Virus record (IMG/VR): IMGVR_UViG_3300029787_004165 | Origin: an uncultured virus (IMG/VR IMGVR_UViG_3300029787_004165) | Taxonomy: Duplodnaviria; Heunggongvirae; Uroviricota; Caudoviricetes | Direction: 5' to 3' (one strand) | Length of the DNA: 64,000 bases | Shown: one piece after another, positions 36,333 to 45,906 of the stretch | Layout: the number at the start of each line of letters is the position of its first letter | How positions within the stretch are numbered: position 1 is the stretch's first letter | The notes under the pieces: model-generated | Database searches by the model: none | Told to the model about the DNA's origin: nothing | Seen by the model: the letters and a program-made list of their open reading frames with translations, nothing else | Translations under genes and position numbers: made by a program

Positions 36333-36970
36333 TATAATCCATACCTCCTTTTAATAGCATTATAGTTTTGTAATACTTCTGATGCAGTTAATGCTCTTGA
36401 GTAAGCAATTATAGTTGCTATTTTTCCATCCCAAGCTTCAACACCATCACTATAATTTACTCCTATAGATTGTGGTCCTCGATCATAAGTATTAGAGCTT
36501 GTAAGTGTAGAAGTAGAACTACCATTAAGATATAAAGTATATGTATTAGATGATCTAGTAACAGTTATGTTATACCAAGTGCTTGCTGATAAAATTGAAG
36601 AAGAAAAAGTACCGATCTCTACTACATAACTGTCTACCATCTGAACACCAGTTCCATTTCTATATCTTAAATGAAAACTGCCAGTGTTATTGTAATCTGA
36701 AACTATAGTGTAATCATTAGTTGATGAAAATACATCTGAATTGACCCATGCAGAAATTGTAAAATTTGAATTTGGGTTAAACATATCGTTCGGGCATTGT
36801 ACATAATCATTAGAACCATCAAAAGTTAAAGATCCTCCATCATTGCTGCTGTAACCAACACCATTAACTAAGGTTCCATTATTTTCATTACCACTTATAT
36901 CAGTCCAAGTTACTCCACTACCAGAATAACTCTTGGAATTTGCTGCATCCACGTATAATACAAGATTATC
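36228..36970. repeat. Exact 72-nt direct repeat (36228-36299 and 36899-36970) in the 5' ends of two LamG genes
   Basis: atcagtccaagttactccactaccagaataactcttggaatttgctgcatccacgtataatacaagattatc at both sites; a 28-nt sub-copy at 35538-35565. Confidence 0.95.
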
Positions 36971-37003
36971 CATAACTATTTGAGGGTTATATTTTGTTGC
37001 CAT
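36332..37003 (-). CDS. LamG/ConA-like protein, array member 3
   Basis: DAANSKSYSGSGVTWTD, FDGSNDY, FTISAW, YSRALTASEVLQNYNAIKRRYGL. Confidence 0.85.
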   Translation of the reverse strand: MATKYNPQIVMDNLVLYVDAANSKSYSGSGVTWTDISGNENNGTLVNGVGYSSNDGGSLTFDGSNDYVQCPNDMFNPNSNFTISAWVNSDVFSSTNDYTIVSDYNNTGSFHLRYRNGTGVQMVDSYVVEIGTFSSSILSASTWYNITVTRSSNTYTLYLNGSSTSTLTSSNTYDRGPQSIGVNYSDGVEAWDGKIATIIAYSRALTASEVLQNYNAIKRRYGL

Positions 37004-38541
37004 TATATTCCAAACCTATATTTAAAAATTTCATAGTGATTTGACACTTCCTCTGCAGTAAATGCCTTTCCTTTATACATTCTTATAAGAGATATTTTAC
37101 CATCAAGAAATTCAGTATTGCCATATCTACGACCTATTGATGCTTCTGTAGAGGAACTATTATAATTTGTTGAATCTGTTTTAGCAGATACATATGCACC
37201 ATTAACATACAACTTAAATTGATTACTACCAGTTCCCTCTCTAGAAAAAACAATATAATTCCATCCATTATTTCCAGTGTCCCAAACTGGAGTGTCAAAA
37301 ACAAAACTTTCATATCCAGTATACCATTCCAATTTTTCATTGGCATTAACAAGTAAAGCCCATCTATTTGTGCTTTGACTACTATTTCTTGTATCTATAA
37401 AATAAAAGGGTCCTTCACCGACAAAATTTGCCCAAATTTCAAATGTAAATGATTGTGTAGATAAGGCAGATATTCCTAAAGTGTCTGGATTAAAGGTTGC
37501 ATAATCATCCGTTCCATCAAACTTCATGCTACCAAAGTTTTCTGCATCAAAGAGAGTTCCATTGACCATGTTCGCTATGAGTTTCTTTGAGATTACATTT
37601 TTCCATACATTATCTGCAAGGTTACTCAATGTGCCAGATCCATCAGGATATTTTCGATTACCTATAGTCGGTAGTTGATACACAAGTCTGACAGCACCTA
37701 TGCCACCAGCAGCACCAGCATTTGGTTCTCCAACTCTAGTTCCTCCTCCACCACCTCCACCATATAGTTGACCTGAACCTCCTGATCCTGGATTTCCATC
37801 GTTTCCAGCGAGGTTACCAGAACCACCTAAACCACCTGTTCCACTTGATCCTTCTCCTAGTATACCTACACCACCACCTTCTATCGTAGCACTTGATGCG
37901 TTTGTAGTTGATCCACCACCTCCACCACCTCCAGATCCATCTGCACCTGAAGAAGATGCTCCACCATCATAAGTGTTATTTCCACCATTTCCACTATATC
38001 CACCAGCACCACCACCGCCACCAGGATTTCCATCTCCGCCACCGCCACCGCCACCAGTTCCACCACCATCTCTTTCTGTTCCAGTAGATGTTCCACCTGC
38101 ACCACCTGTAGAATTGTTTATTCCACGGTCACCACCTGAACCACCACCACCTTGAAGAAGAACTGTGGAGCTTCTTTTTACTTGACTGTCTCCACCAGCT
38201 GAACCATCAGTACCAGTGTCTGCACCACCAGCACCTACAGAACCAACAACAATAGTTAAAGTTTCACCAGGCGTGACTAAAAATGTTCCATATGATAATC
38301 CTCCACCACCTCCTCCTCCACCACATCTGATGGAACTGTCGGTACCACCACCACCTCCTCCTCCACCGACACATACGGCAGATATTGAAGTGATGCCAAC
38401 AGGTACGACAAAACTATAAGTTCCAGCAGTGGTATATGTGTTTTGACCACCTTCACCACCAGTATTTTTTAAATTTCCTGCATCAAAATACGCTACCAAA
38501 TTATTTAATCCCAAAATTTTTGGTCCTGAAACACAAGCCAT
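37003..38541 (-). CDS. LamG/ConA-like protein with inserted glycine-rich domain, array member 2
   Basis: YFDAGNLK, then YTTAGTYSFVVP..VCVGGGGGG...GAVRL Gly-rich domain, then FDGTDDY...FTFEIW...RFGI. Confidence 0.85.
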   Translation of the reverse strand: MACVSGPKILGLNNLVAYFDAGNLKNTGGEGGQNTYTTAGTYSFVVPVGITSISAVCVGGGGGGGGTDSSIRCGGGGGGGGLSYGTFLVTPGETLTIVVGSVGAGGADTGTDGSAGGDSQVKRSSTVLLQGGGGSGGDRGINNSTGGAGGTSTGTERDGGGTGGGGGGGDGNPGGGGGAGGYSGNGGNNTYDGGASSSGADGSGGGGGGGSTTNASSATIEGGGVGILGEGSSGTGGLGGSGNLAGNDGNPGSGGSGQLYGGGGGGGTRVGEPNAGAAGGIGAVRLVYQLPTIGNRKYPDGSGTLSNLADNVWKNVISKKLIANMVNGTLFDAENFGSMKFDGTDDYATFNPDTLGISALSTQSFTFEIWANFVGEGPFYFIDTRNSSQSTNRWALLVNANEKLEWYTGYESFVFDTPVWDTGNNGWNYIVFSREGTGSNQFKLYVNGAYVSAKTDSTNYNSSSTEASIGRRYGNTEFLDGKISLIRMYKGKAFTAEEVSNHYEIFKYRFGI

Positions 38542-39275
38542 TATAAATTATACCTTCCTTTTGTAGCATCAAAATTTTGTTCCATTTCTGCTGTTGATAA
38601 AACTTTACTATAAATTCTAACAATACTTATATATCCATCAAATTCTCCTCTATAATTACCACTATAAATGTCTGATATCCCAATACCACCATCTCCCGTT
38701 ACCTGAGTATAATTACTTCTAAAATTAGTATCATTACTCAAAACATTACTTTTATCAACATACACGTTTCCAGTTCCACTATTAATAGTAAGAACATGTT
38801 GATGCCAAGTCTTAACTGATGGAACTGATGAATATGCCGTATTTGTTTCAGACCCTGATCCATTTCTACGAACGATACGATCAAATCCAAATATAAGACC
38901 ATTATTGTTACCAGCACCACTAGACCAATCACCAGATCCACCACCATTTGTGAATAATGATCCATATGTCCAAGTTGAATTTGGTGCTGCATCATTATCC
39001 AAATAATGCCATACTTCTATACTAAATGCTGCCCCTAAACCATTAGGTAAAGCAGTATTGGGAAATGTTATTCTATCATTACTTGATGTGCCATCATATT
39101 CAAATCCACCGTTAAAGACACTTTGATGACTAGGTCCAGTTATAGTTGCAGAATGTCCACCACTTATATCAGTCCAAGTTGTTCCACTACCAGGATAACT
39201 CTTAGTATTTGCTGCATCAAAATACAATACAAGACTATCAGCAACTATAGGTGAAGCAGAATGTAGGAGTCCCAT
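38541..39275 (-). CDS. LamG/ConA-like protein, array member 1
   Basis: DAANTKSYPGSGTTWTD, FSIEVW, IYSKVLSTAEMEQNFDATKGRYNL. Confidence 0.85.
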   Translation of the reverse strand: MGLLHSASPIVADSLVLYFDAANTKSYPGSGTTWTDISGGHSATITGPSHQSVFNGGFEYDGTSSNDRITFPNTALPNGLGAAFSIEVWHYLDNDAAPNSTWTYGSLFTNGGGSGDWSSGAGNNNGLIFGFDRIVRRNGSGSETNTAYSSVPSVKTWHQHVLTINSGTGNVYVDKSNVLSNDTNFRSNYTQVTGDGGIGISDIYSGNYRGEFDGYISIVRIYSKVLSTAEMEQNFDATKGRYNL

Positions 39276-39279
39276 AATA

Positions 39280-42200
39280 TTATTCCAATTTAGAAATCCT
39301 TTCTTTAAGATTATCTATCTGAGTTTGTTGTTCCTTAACTGCCTCTATCAATAAACCAATTAATCCATTATAGTTAACCGTTTTTGGATCATCTCCCTGA
39401 ACTAATTCTGGTAAAATATTTTCTATTTGATCGGCAACAACACCAAGTGCTGGTTTATTATCATATTTCCAATTAAATGATACACCTTCAATTTGTATAA
39501 CCTTGGCAAGTGGATCATCAATAGGTTGAATATTAGTCTTGAGTTTTATATCAGATGTGGAGTTAAAGTCAGTTGCAGTTATGACACCAACACCATATAT
39601 TCCTTTAGAATTAAGATCTAAATATCCTCCTAACTGAGGTGTAGTATCACCGACTATATGAGTTACAATGCCTGTTAAAGATGTAAAAGGATAATTTGTA
39701 GCATCTTCCAAATCAAAAGCTGGTGTTGCATCACTTCCACCTAATGCTAGACTTATACCACCATAAGATACTGTACTGTTTGCTAACTTACCATTTGCAA
39801 TTGATCCTGCTAGTTGTGCATTAGTTATTTGTCCTGATAAATTAGTGGTTGCTAAATCGCCATAGAAAGTAGTTGCAGTAACGGCACCAGAAACCCATAC
39901 ATCACTAGCAGTGGCAAATCCAACAGTAGTAATACCAGAAGTTACCTCTAATCCACCAGCAGCAATACTAACACCACCACCAACCACCACAACACCACTT
40001 CGTGCAGTGACTAAACCAACTGAATCTATATTAGTTACATCATCATAAGTTAGTGTACCACCGATTGATACATCACCACTTACACTTAGAGAAGTTAATG
40101 TACCTAATGAGGTGATATTAGTTTGAGCAGCAGTTGTCACTGTTCCTGCAGTCGTTGCAGTATCAGCATTACCAGCTAAGTTACCAGTAACATTACCAGT
40201 TAAATCACCCTTAAATGTATTGGCAGTTATAATACCAGCATGAGCAGTGATAGCAGTTCCTACTTTAAGAGTATCGGTTACGGTAGTAATACCACTTACT
40301 GATAGTGCAGTACCAACTATATTTCCTACTGTAATATCTGGAGAATTAATTAAACCTTTTGCATTTGTGGATGTTGATATAGTACCCGTTACAGTAGTAC
40401 CATCAAATGTTAAATTAACACTTCCACCAAAAGAACTACTATTATTAAATTGTATTTGAGTATTAGAACCTCCAGGTGTTCCTCCAGATGATTGTTCTAC
40501 CCAAGATAAACCAGTTCCAGTAGAACTTAATATTGATGAAGCAGAACCAACCGATCCATTACCATCGGCAATTTGGGTAGTAGTTAGAACACCAACACCG
40601 TAAATACTCTTATTATTACCATCTAAGTCTCCACCCAGTTGTGGTGTAGTGTCACCAACTATATGAGTTACAATACCAGTTAGAGATGTGTAAGGATAGT
40701 TAATAGCGTCTACCAAATTAAAAGCTGGTGTTGTATCTTCTTCACCTAGGTCTAGAACTACATCACCAAAATTCATTGATGTATTTTCAATCTGACTATT
40801 AGTTATGGTTCCTGTTAAATTACTGGTTGCTAAACTACCATCAAATGTAGTGGCAGTTATAACACCAGCATGAGCAGTGATAGCAGTCCCTACCTTTAAG
40901 GTATCTGATATTGTTGCAATACCAGAAGTTACCTCTAATCCACCAGCAGCAATGCTAATACCAGCACCAGCAATAACGTGTATTCCTTCTCTGGCAGTTA
41001 TAATACCAATAGAATCTACATTCTTTACATCATCATATATTAATGTTCCACCAATAGTCACATTTCCATTAAAATTGGCACCAGCAGCAGTTACAATACC
41101 TGTAAAGTTAGCACCACCACCAGCACTTACAACTTCAACATCACCTGAAGAAATTGAACCAGTATCAGCATTCAAAGTAATAGAAGCAGTACCAATAGTA
41201 AGAATACCAGTAATTCTAGCATTTCCTTCAACAACCAATGCATTATCAGGATATAAACCACTTTGAATAATAGTTGTTCCAATACCAACTCTTCCTAAAC
41301 TATATGGGCCATCAACACCTTGTATCCATGAATTTCCATCAGCATTTGATCCAAATGTAAATTTCTTTAAACTATCGTCATATCTTAAATATCCACCATC
41401 ATAAGCTGATGCATTAGTAGCAATACCAACAATATCATCAAGATACTTTAATCGTGTTTCACCACTACCACCCAGTGTTGCTAATTGTTGTTGAACACGA
41501 CTTACAAATATTCTATAGTGATCTTGTAATTGATCAAGAGTAACATATTTTTTATCAAGTGGAGTTAATGGATCTGAATTATCGGACTCTGGTGTTATGT
41601 TAATAAGACCTTCATTTAAAAATTCTTTCTCATTAAATTTCTCAAATATTTTTTCGAGATATTTAACTTTATTAGAAAGTTGAATATTTTTTTCTTCTAA
41701 TTCATCTAAATTTAATTTATTAACTACTGTTTTAAATTCTTCATGAAAATAATAAAAATCATTTCTAATATCTTTTTTAACTTGTAAAAATTCTTGATTT
41801 TGTTCTTCTAAATTTTCTTTTAAATTTTTCTTACTTTTAGTAATTTCAATTTCTAAATCAGAAATTTTATTCTCTATATTATTTTTATGATCTTCATAAA
41901 CTTCTAAATCTTCATTAATAGATATCTTTAGATTTTTAACTTCTTCTGCATCAATTGATGATTTTATTTCAGATTCTAAAATATATTTTTTATATTTTGG
42001 TGCCTCTACATCAACAAAATTATTAATTTTTTCTGCTAGATTAGAAACATTAGATTTTATAGTGGTAAGAGTTTTTTCATTAATACCAGTTACATCATTT
42101 TTTAATTTAATAATACTCTCTTCAAGTAAGAAAGTATATCCCATCATTGAATTATCAAGATCTTCTTTTTTAATAAAATCTTGTATTTCAGACTTAATAT

Positions 42201-42372
42201 CTTCTACATATTTTATAGTGTCTGTTAAATTATCTAATTTATCTAAATTATTTTTATAAGCACTAAAAGCTTCAGAAAAAGACTGTAATTCTGGTCTTTT
42301 TACTAATTCGTGAATAGTATCATCTGATTTATCATCCTCACGAAAAAAATCTGAAGGTTTCTTTAGTGCCAT
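39280..42372 (-). CDS. Fibre protein: N-terminal coiled coil, fibre repeats and C-terminal peptidase S74 intramolecular chaperone
   Basis: TSDIKLKTNI...GVSFNW...GVVAD...PELV...VNYNGLIGLLIEAVKE; K/E/N-rich helical first ~250 aa. Confidence 0.85.
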   Translation of the reverse strand: MALKKPSDFFREDDKSDDTIHELVKRPELQSFSEAFSAYKNNLDKLDNLTDTIKYVEDIKSEIQDFIKKEDLDNSMMGYTFLLEESIIKLKNDVTGINEKTLTTIKSNVSNLAEKINNFVDVEAPKYKKYILESEIKSSIDAEEVKNLKISINEDLEVYEDHKNNIENKISDLEIEITKSKKNLKENLEEQNQEFLQVKKDIRNDFYYFHEEFKTVVNKLNLDELEEKNIQLSNKVKYLEKIFEKFNEKEFLNEGLINITPESDNSDPLTPLDKKYVTLDQLQDHYRIFVSRVQQQLATLGGSGETRLKYLDDIVGIATNASAYDGGYLRYDDSLKKFTFGSNADGNSWIQGVDGPYSLGRVGIGTTIIQSGLYPDNALVVEGNARITGILTIGTASITLNADTGSISSGDVEVVSAGGGANFTGIVTAAGANFNGNVTIGGTLIYDDVKNVDSIGIITAREGIHVIAGAGISIAAGGLEVTSGIATISDTLKVGTAITAHAGVITATTFDGSLATSNLTGTITNSQIENTSMNFGDVVLDLGEEDTTPAFNLVDAINYPYTSLTGIVTHIVGDTTPQLGGDLDGNNKSIYGVGVLTTTQIADGNGSVGSASSILSSTGTGLSWVEQSSGGTPGGSNTQIQFNNSSSFGGSVNLTFDGTTVTGTISTSTNAKGLINSPDITVGNIVGTALSVSGITTVTDTLKVGTAITAHAGIITANTFKGDLTGNVTGNLAGNADTATTAGTVTTAAQTNITSLGTLTSLSVSGDVSIGGTLTYDDVTNIDSVGLVTARSGVVVVGGGVSIAAGGLEVTSGITTVGFATASDVWVSGAVTATTFYGDLATTNLSGQITNAQLAGSIANGKLANSTVSYGGISLALGGSDATPAFDLEDATNYPFTSLTGIVTHIVGDTTPQLGGYLDLNSKGIYGVGVITATDFNSTSDIKLKTNIQPIDDPLAKVIQIEGVSFNWKYDNKPALGVVADQIENILPELVQGDDPKTVNYNGLIGLLIEAVKEQQTQIDNLKERISKLE

Positions 42373-42375
42373 TAT

Positions 42376-42828
42376 TTAATTTTTTTTATTATCAGTCTGT
42401 GTATTATTATTTAGAAACCCTTTTTTAAGTAATTTTGAGAGTTCTGATGTAGAACCAACAAATAAAGAATTATTAGTTACATTATTTGGTTGTTTATTTA
42501 TTTGATCATCAACATCCTTTATTTTCTTTTGAAGTTCCATTAATTTATCAGTTGTATCAGCAACTGATTTAATAATTTGACCTGCAACTTCATATGCTCT
42601 TGGACTTGCACTTTCACCTGCAAGTTCCATTATACCATTAAGAGATTCTTGGCCCTTTTCAATTAAGGAATATAAGTTAGCACGAGTATAATCATAATCT
42701 TTCTTAACGTCATCACTTGTATTTTTTAATTGATCTTGTTTTTTAACACAATCATTTTCAGGTATATTGCTAACCTCAATAGCACCAGTTGTATTTAATG
42801 CTTCATCAATGGGATCATAATTAGACAT
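42376..42828 (-). CDS. gp16: Terminase small subunit (T4 gp16)
   Basis: DYDYTRANL, SPRAYEVAGQIIK, NNSLFVGSTSEL. Confidence 0.93.
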   Translation of the reverse strand: MSNYDPIDEALNTTGAIEVSNIPENDCVKKQDQLKNTSDDVKKDYDYTRANLYSLIEKGQESLNGIMELAGESASPRAYEVAGQIIKSVADTTDKLMELQKKIKDVDDQINKQPNNVTNNSLFVGSTSELSKLLKKGFLNNNTQTDNKKN

Positions 42829-42831
42829 AAT

Positions 42832-43632
42832 TTAAATATCCTTTCCTTGTGTTGGACTATAAGTTTTATTATCTGAAAATTGCTCCCAAGTCTCACTAAA
42901 ACCAAAATCATCAGCAGGGCCAGCATCAGCAGGAACTGGGGTTGCAGTATATCTCATTTCTCTTTTAGCTGTCTTAGTATTAGTATCTGCGTATAAATCA
43001 GTTTGAACTTTCTTAATAAGACCACTTGTAGATTCTGCAATAGGACCAAATAGATATGTTTTTGCAGTAAAATTCAATGTGTATATCAATGCTCTTCTTG
43101 TAGAAAAATCTCCTTCATAATCATCTTGAAATGCTACATTATCTAAAATTAAAGGGATATCTCTTTTTTCTCCAATTGATTTTACCAAATCAACAGTTAA
43201 TGTAAATGCTGGTTGAAAATATGGTAAAATTTGTTCTACTATTTGTAATGCATCATCATTTAATTTAGTGAATATACTTAATTCAAATCCAATATTATAA
43301 GGAACAGGCATATAAACTTTCTTTAAATTGGTTCCATCAGATGCTTTAAACGTTTGAGTTACACCTGCTTTTCTACTAGGATCATAACTAACAGAATTCA
43401 TTTCAAATGACATTCTTGGCAATGTAGTTTGAACTGGTTTATTTAAATCTGCTTGTTGCTCTAATCTTGCAAGAAATTTTTGAGCAGGGCCATAAGACAG
43501 TGGAATATTAAGTTCACTATAATCTTCACCAGAAGAATTTTGATGTTTAATACTTATATCGTTAAAAACAGTACCAAAGGAAATGATAGTTTTTCTAATT
43601 ATTTCGTGATAGTAATAAGTTCCAAGCATCAA
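42832..43632 (-). CDS. gp15: Tail sheath stabiliser / tail terminator (T4 gp15)
   Basis: FGTVFNDI, LPRMSFE, PVPYNI, QIVEQILPYFQP. Confidence 0.95.
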   Translation of the reverse strand: MMLGTYYYHEIIRKTIISFGTVFNDISIKHQNSSGEDYSELNIPLSYGPAQKFLARLEQQADLNKPVQTTLPRMSFEMNSVSYDPSRKAGVTQTFKASDGTNLKKVYMPVPYNIGFELSIFTKLNDDALQIVEQILPYFQPAFTLTVDLVKSIGEKRDIPLILDNVAFQDDYEGDFSTRRALIYTLNFTAKTYLFGPIAESTSGLIKKVQTDLYADTNTKTAKREMRYTATPVPADAGPADDFGFSETWEQFSDNKTYSPTQGKDI

Positions 43633-45056
43633 TATGTACCAAATGGATTTGATTCACTAAAGTCGAGAATTGCATCAGCCTCTGACTCTATATCATCGTT
43701 CTGTGCATATTTATCTGCGAACTCAGCTGTCTCAATATAATCAACAGTGTATTTTGATTCAGAAGTAGATCCTATTGCAACATCTCCAGATACAAAATTA
43801 CCATTAGTTGATCCTAATTTGAGAATATTAGTATCTTTATCCCAACTCTTAACTCTACCTTTAGCACCAGAAACAGATCCAGTAACAATTTCATTAAATT
43901 GATATGCACCAGAACCAGTTAATATTGGGGGTGGGGCAATTGTGGCAATTCCTGTTGCAGAGGTATATCCAATACCTGCATCAGAAATAAGTATCTGGGA
44001 AACAGTATTAGCAGTGCTGACAAGTGCTCTTCCTACAGCAGTACCAATACCAGACGTTGGTGTATTGAAGTACACTATAGGTTCTGTAGGATATCCACTA
44101 CCACCATCAGTAATTGTTATTGTTCCAATACCAGAACCAGAAGTAACTAATAATGCAGTTGCTGCTGCTCCAACACCATGAGTAGTTGTTACTCCATTTG
44201 TTTGAGTTGTTGTTGCACTCACTATGGTAACAGTTGGAGTTTCAGTGTAACCAGAACCTGAATTTGTTAATAAAATTTCTTTGACAGAATATACGTTACT
44301 TACATTTGTGGTTATTGCAACAGCAGTGGCATTTACTCCTCCTGCAGGTGCAGTACTAATTGAAACAGTTGGAGTTTGTGTATAATCATAACCATCTTGA
44401 TTTAAAATAATATTTCTAAGATATCCTGACGTTGTAGTTACACCAAGAGTTGCTGTAGATCCTACGGAAATTAACTGTAATGATGTTATATAACCTTGAT
44501 CCACTAATAGATCATCAATCTCATTACTTGTGGTACTAAGTTGATCCCAACCACCCATTTCATCTTCAAGTTCAAAGAGTTCACACTGTAATTGATAAAC
44601 ATAATTCTTACCTAATTGATAAAAAGGTTTTTCATGCTCTACAAATTTAACCTCAAAAATTCTTTTACCTAATGGAAAATATATTAAATCTCCTTCACGA
44701 GGTCTAGATGAAACCTCTATTTCACTAGAAGGTTGTGCCAAAAAAGGTGCAATAAAATCTTCAAATCTTTCTTTTGATATAGTTACTACTAATTCATCTT
44801 TTAAACTCATTCCAAACTTGGTCATAATATCACCAGCACCAGTATAACCTTCATAGGTGTTGACATATGCTTCTATGGCAAAATTATCATTGAAAGTTGA
44901 AGATTCAAGTTCTCTAAAAATTGTATCTTTTTTAACTATTTTTCTTGGAAGGTATGTTACTTCCACACCAAAAATTTTTAACTGTTCATTGATTAAATCT
45001 TGAACTAGTCTTTGTTCACTTTGAGACCCTTGTAGAAAATAAGAATTAAGAGCCAT
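43629..45056 (-). CDS. gp14: Neck protein (T4 gp14) with inserted beta-repeat region
   Basis: YLPR, PREGDLIYFP, FYQLGK.YVY.L.CELF, DFSESNPFG; GSGYT..PTV inserts. Confidence 0.92.
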   Translation of the reverse strand: MALNSYFLQGSQSEQRLVQDLINEQLKIFGVEVTYLPRKIVKKDTIFRELESSTFNDNFAIEAYVNTYEGYTGAGDIMTKFGMSLKDELVVTISKERFEDFIAPFLAQPSSEIEVSSRPREGDLIYFPLGKRIFEVKFVEHEKPFYQLGKNYVYQLQCELFELEDEMGGWDQLSTTSNEIDDLLVDQGYITSLQLISVGSTATLGVTTTSGYLRNIILNQDGYDYTQTPTVSISTAPAGGVNATAVAITTNVSNVYSVKEILLTNSGSGYTETPTVTIVSATTTQTNGVTTTHGVGAAATALLVTSGSGIGTITITDGGSGYPTEPIVYFNTPTSGIGTAVGRALVSTANTVSQILISDAGIGYTSATGIATIAPPPILTGSGAYQFNEIVTGSVSGAKGRVKSWDKDTNILKLGSTNGNFVSGDVAIGSTSESKYTVDYIETAEFADKYAQNDDIESEADAILDFSESNPFGTY

Positions 45057-45060
45057 AATA

Positions 45061-45906
45061 CTATCCTATCATATCTAGAGGTGGTAACTCATATTCAGAA
45101 GACATTTTTTCCCTGATACTTTGAATTTCACGTTCAGCATCTTCATATATTTCTCTTCCATTTAATTCAATACCACCAGGAAGTTTAACACCTCTAAATT
45201 TAATTAAATTTTGACCCCATTGACGTTTTATTAATTGTGTGAGATATCTTTTAAGAAAACTGTCATTAAATACACCACTAAATTGATTAGGATCTAATGC
45301 CCTATGACAATCAATGACAAAATAAGTATCAACAGATTGTGCTGACCAGTCAATATCCAAATATAATCTATCTTGTCTTTTATTAAACCTTATTTGTTTA
45401 TCAGTTGTTAGTAAAAAATCAATATCTTCTAAGTATGATTTTACCATAGAATATTGAAGAAGTTCTATTGAATTAAAATAATACAAATCATTTAAAAATA
45501 ATTGATATTTAATACTAAACATACTACCAGAAATTGAACTGGTATCAAATTTAAATATTTTTTCTATACCTATTACAGAATCAGGAACTTGAATAAAATT
45601 AGAATTTTCATAAAAATTTGATGTGATAGTTCCCATTCCACTTACGTTAGTGGAATTTGCCGTTGTGGTTACAATACCAACCCCTGTTGTCCCAGATGCT
45701 TTTCCTCTATCTATATCATCTTGAGATACTTTATACTTCAAATACATCCTTTCAACACCGTCAAAATGACGTTCATTGAAGAGTTGTAGAGCATCATCCA
45801 CTGCATCATCTATTTGGTCATCATCAACGTTAACCTCTAACACAGGAGCACCTAGCTGCCTTAAACAGTAATCTATTAATTCTTGTCTACTTGTGGGTTT
45901 TGCCAT
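45061..45906 (-). CDS. gp13: Neck protein (T4 gp13)
   Basis: YCLRQLGAPVLEVNV, QWGQNLIKF.GV.LPGG. Confidence 0.95.
   Translation of the reverse strand: MAKPTSRQELIDYCLRQLGAPVLEVNVDDDQIDDAVDDALQLFNERHFDGVERMYLKYKVSQDDIDRGKASGTTGVGIVTTTANSTNVSGMGTITSNFYENSNFIQVPDSVIGIEKIFKFDTSSISGSMFSIKYQLFLNDLYYFNSIELLQYSMVKSYLEDIDFLLTTDKQIRFNKRQDRLYLDIDWSAQSVDTYFVIDCHRALDPNQFSGVFNDSFLKRYLTQLIKRQWGQNLIKFRGVKLPGGIELNGREIYEDAEREIQSIREKMSSEYELPPLDMIG

Noticed and set aside
37730..38370. GC-rich (ccacca)n-like tract as foreign DNA or a microsatellite
   Set aside because: Explained by poly-glycine codons on the minus strand
34232..39275. CRISPR-like array suggested by recurring ~28-72-nt repeats
   Set aside because: The repeats are in-frame coding blocks ~670-700 nt apart; no cas genes
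30554..42372. Diversity-generating retroelement or invertase shufflon acting on the fibre/LamG repeats
   Set aside because: No reverse transcriptase or site-specific recombinase in the window; all cassettes are co-oriented with their own starts; repeat differences are not adenine-specific and both copies are coding
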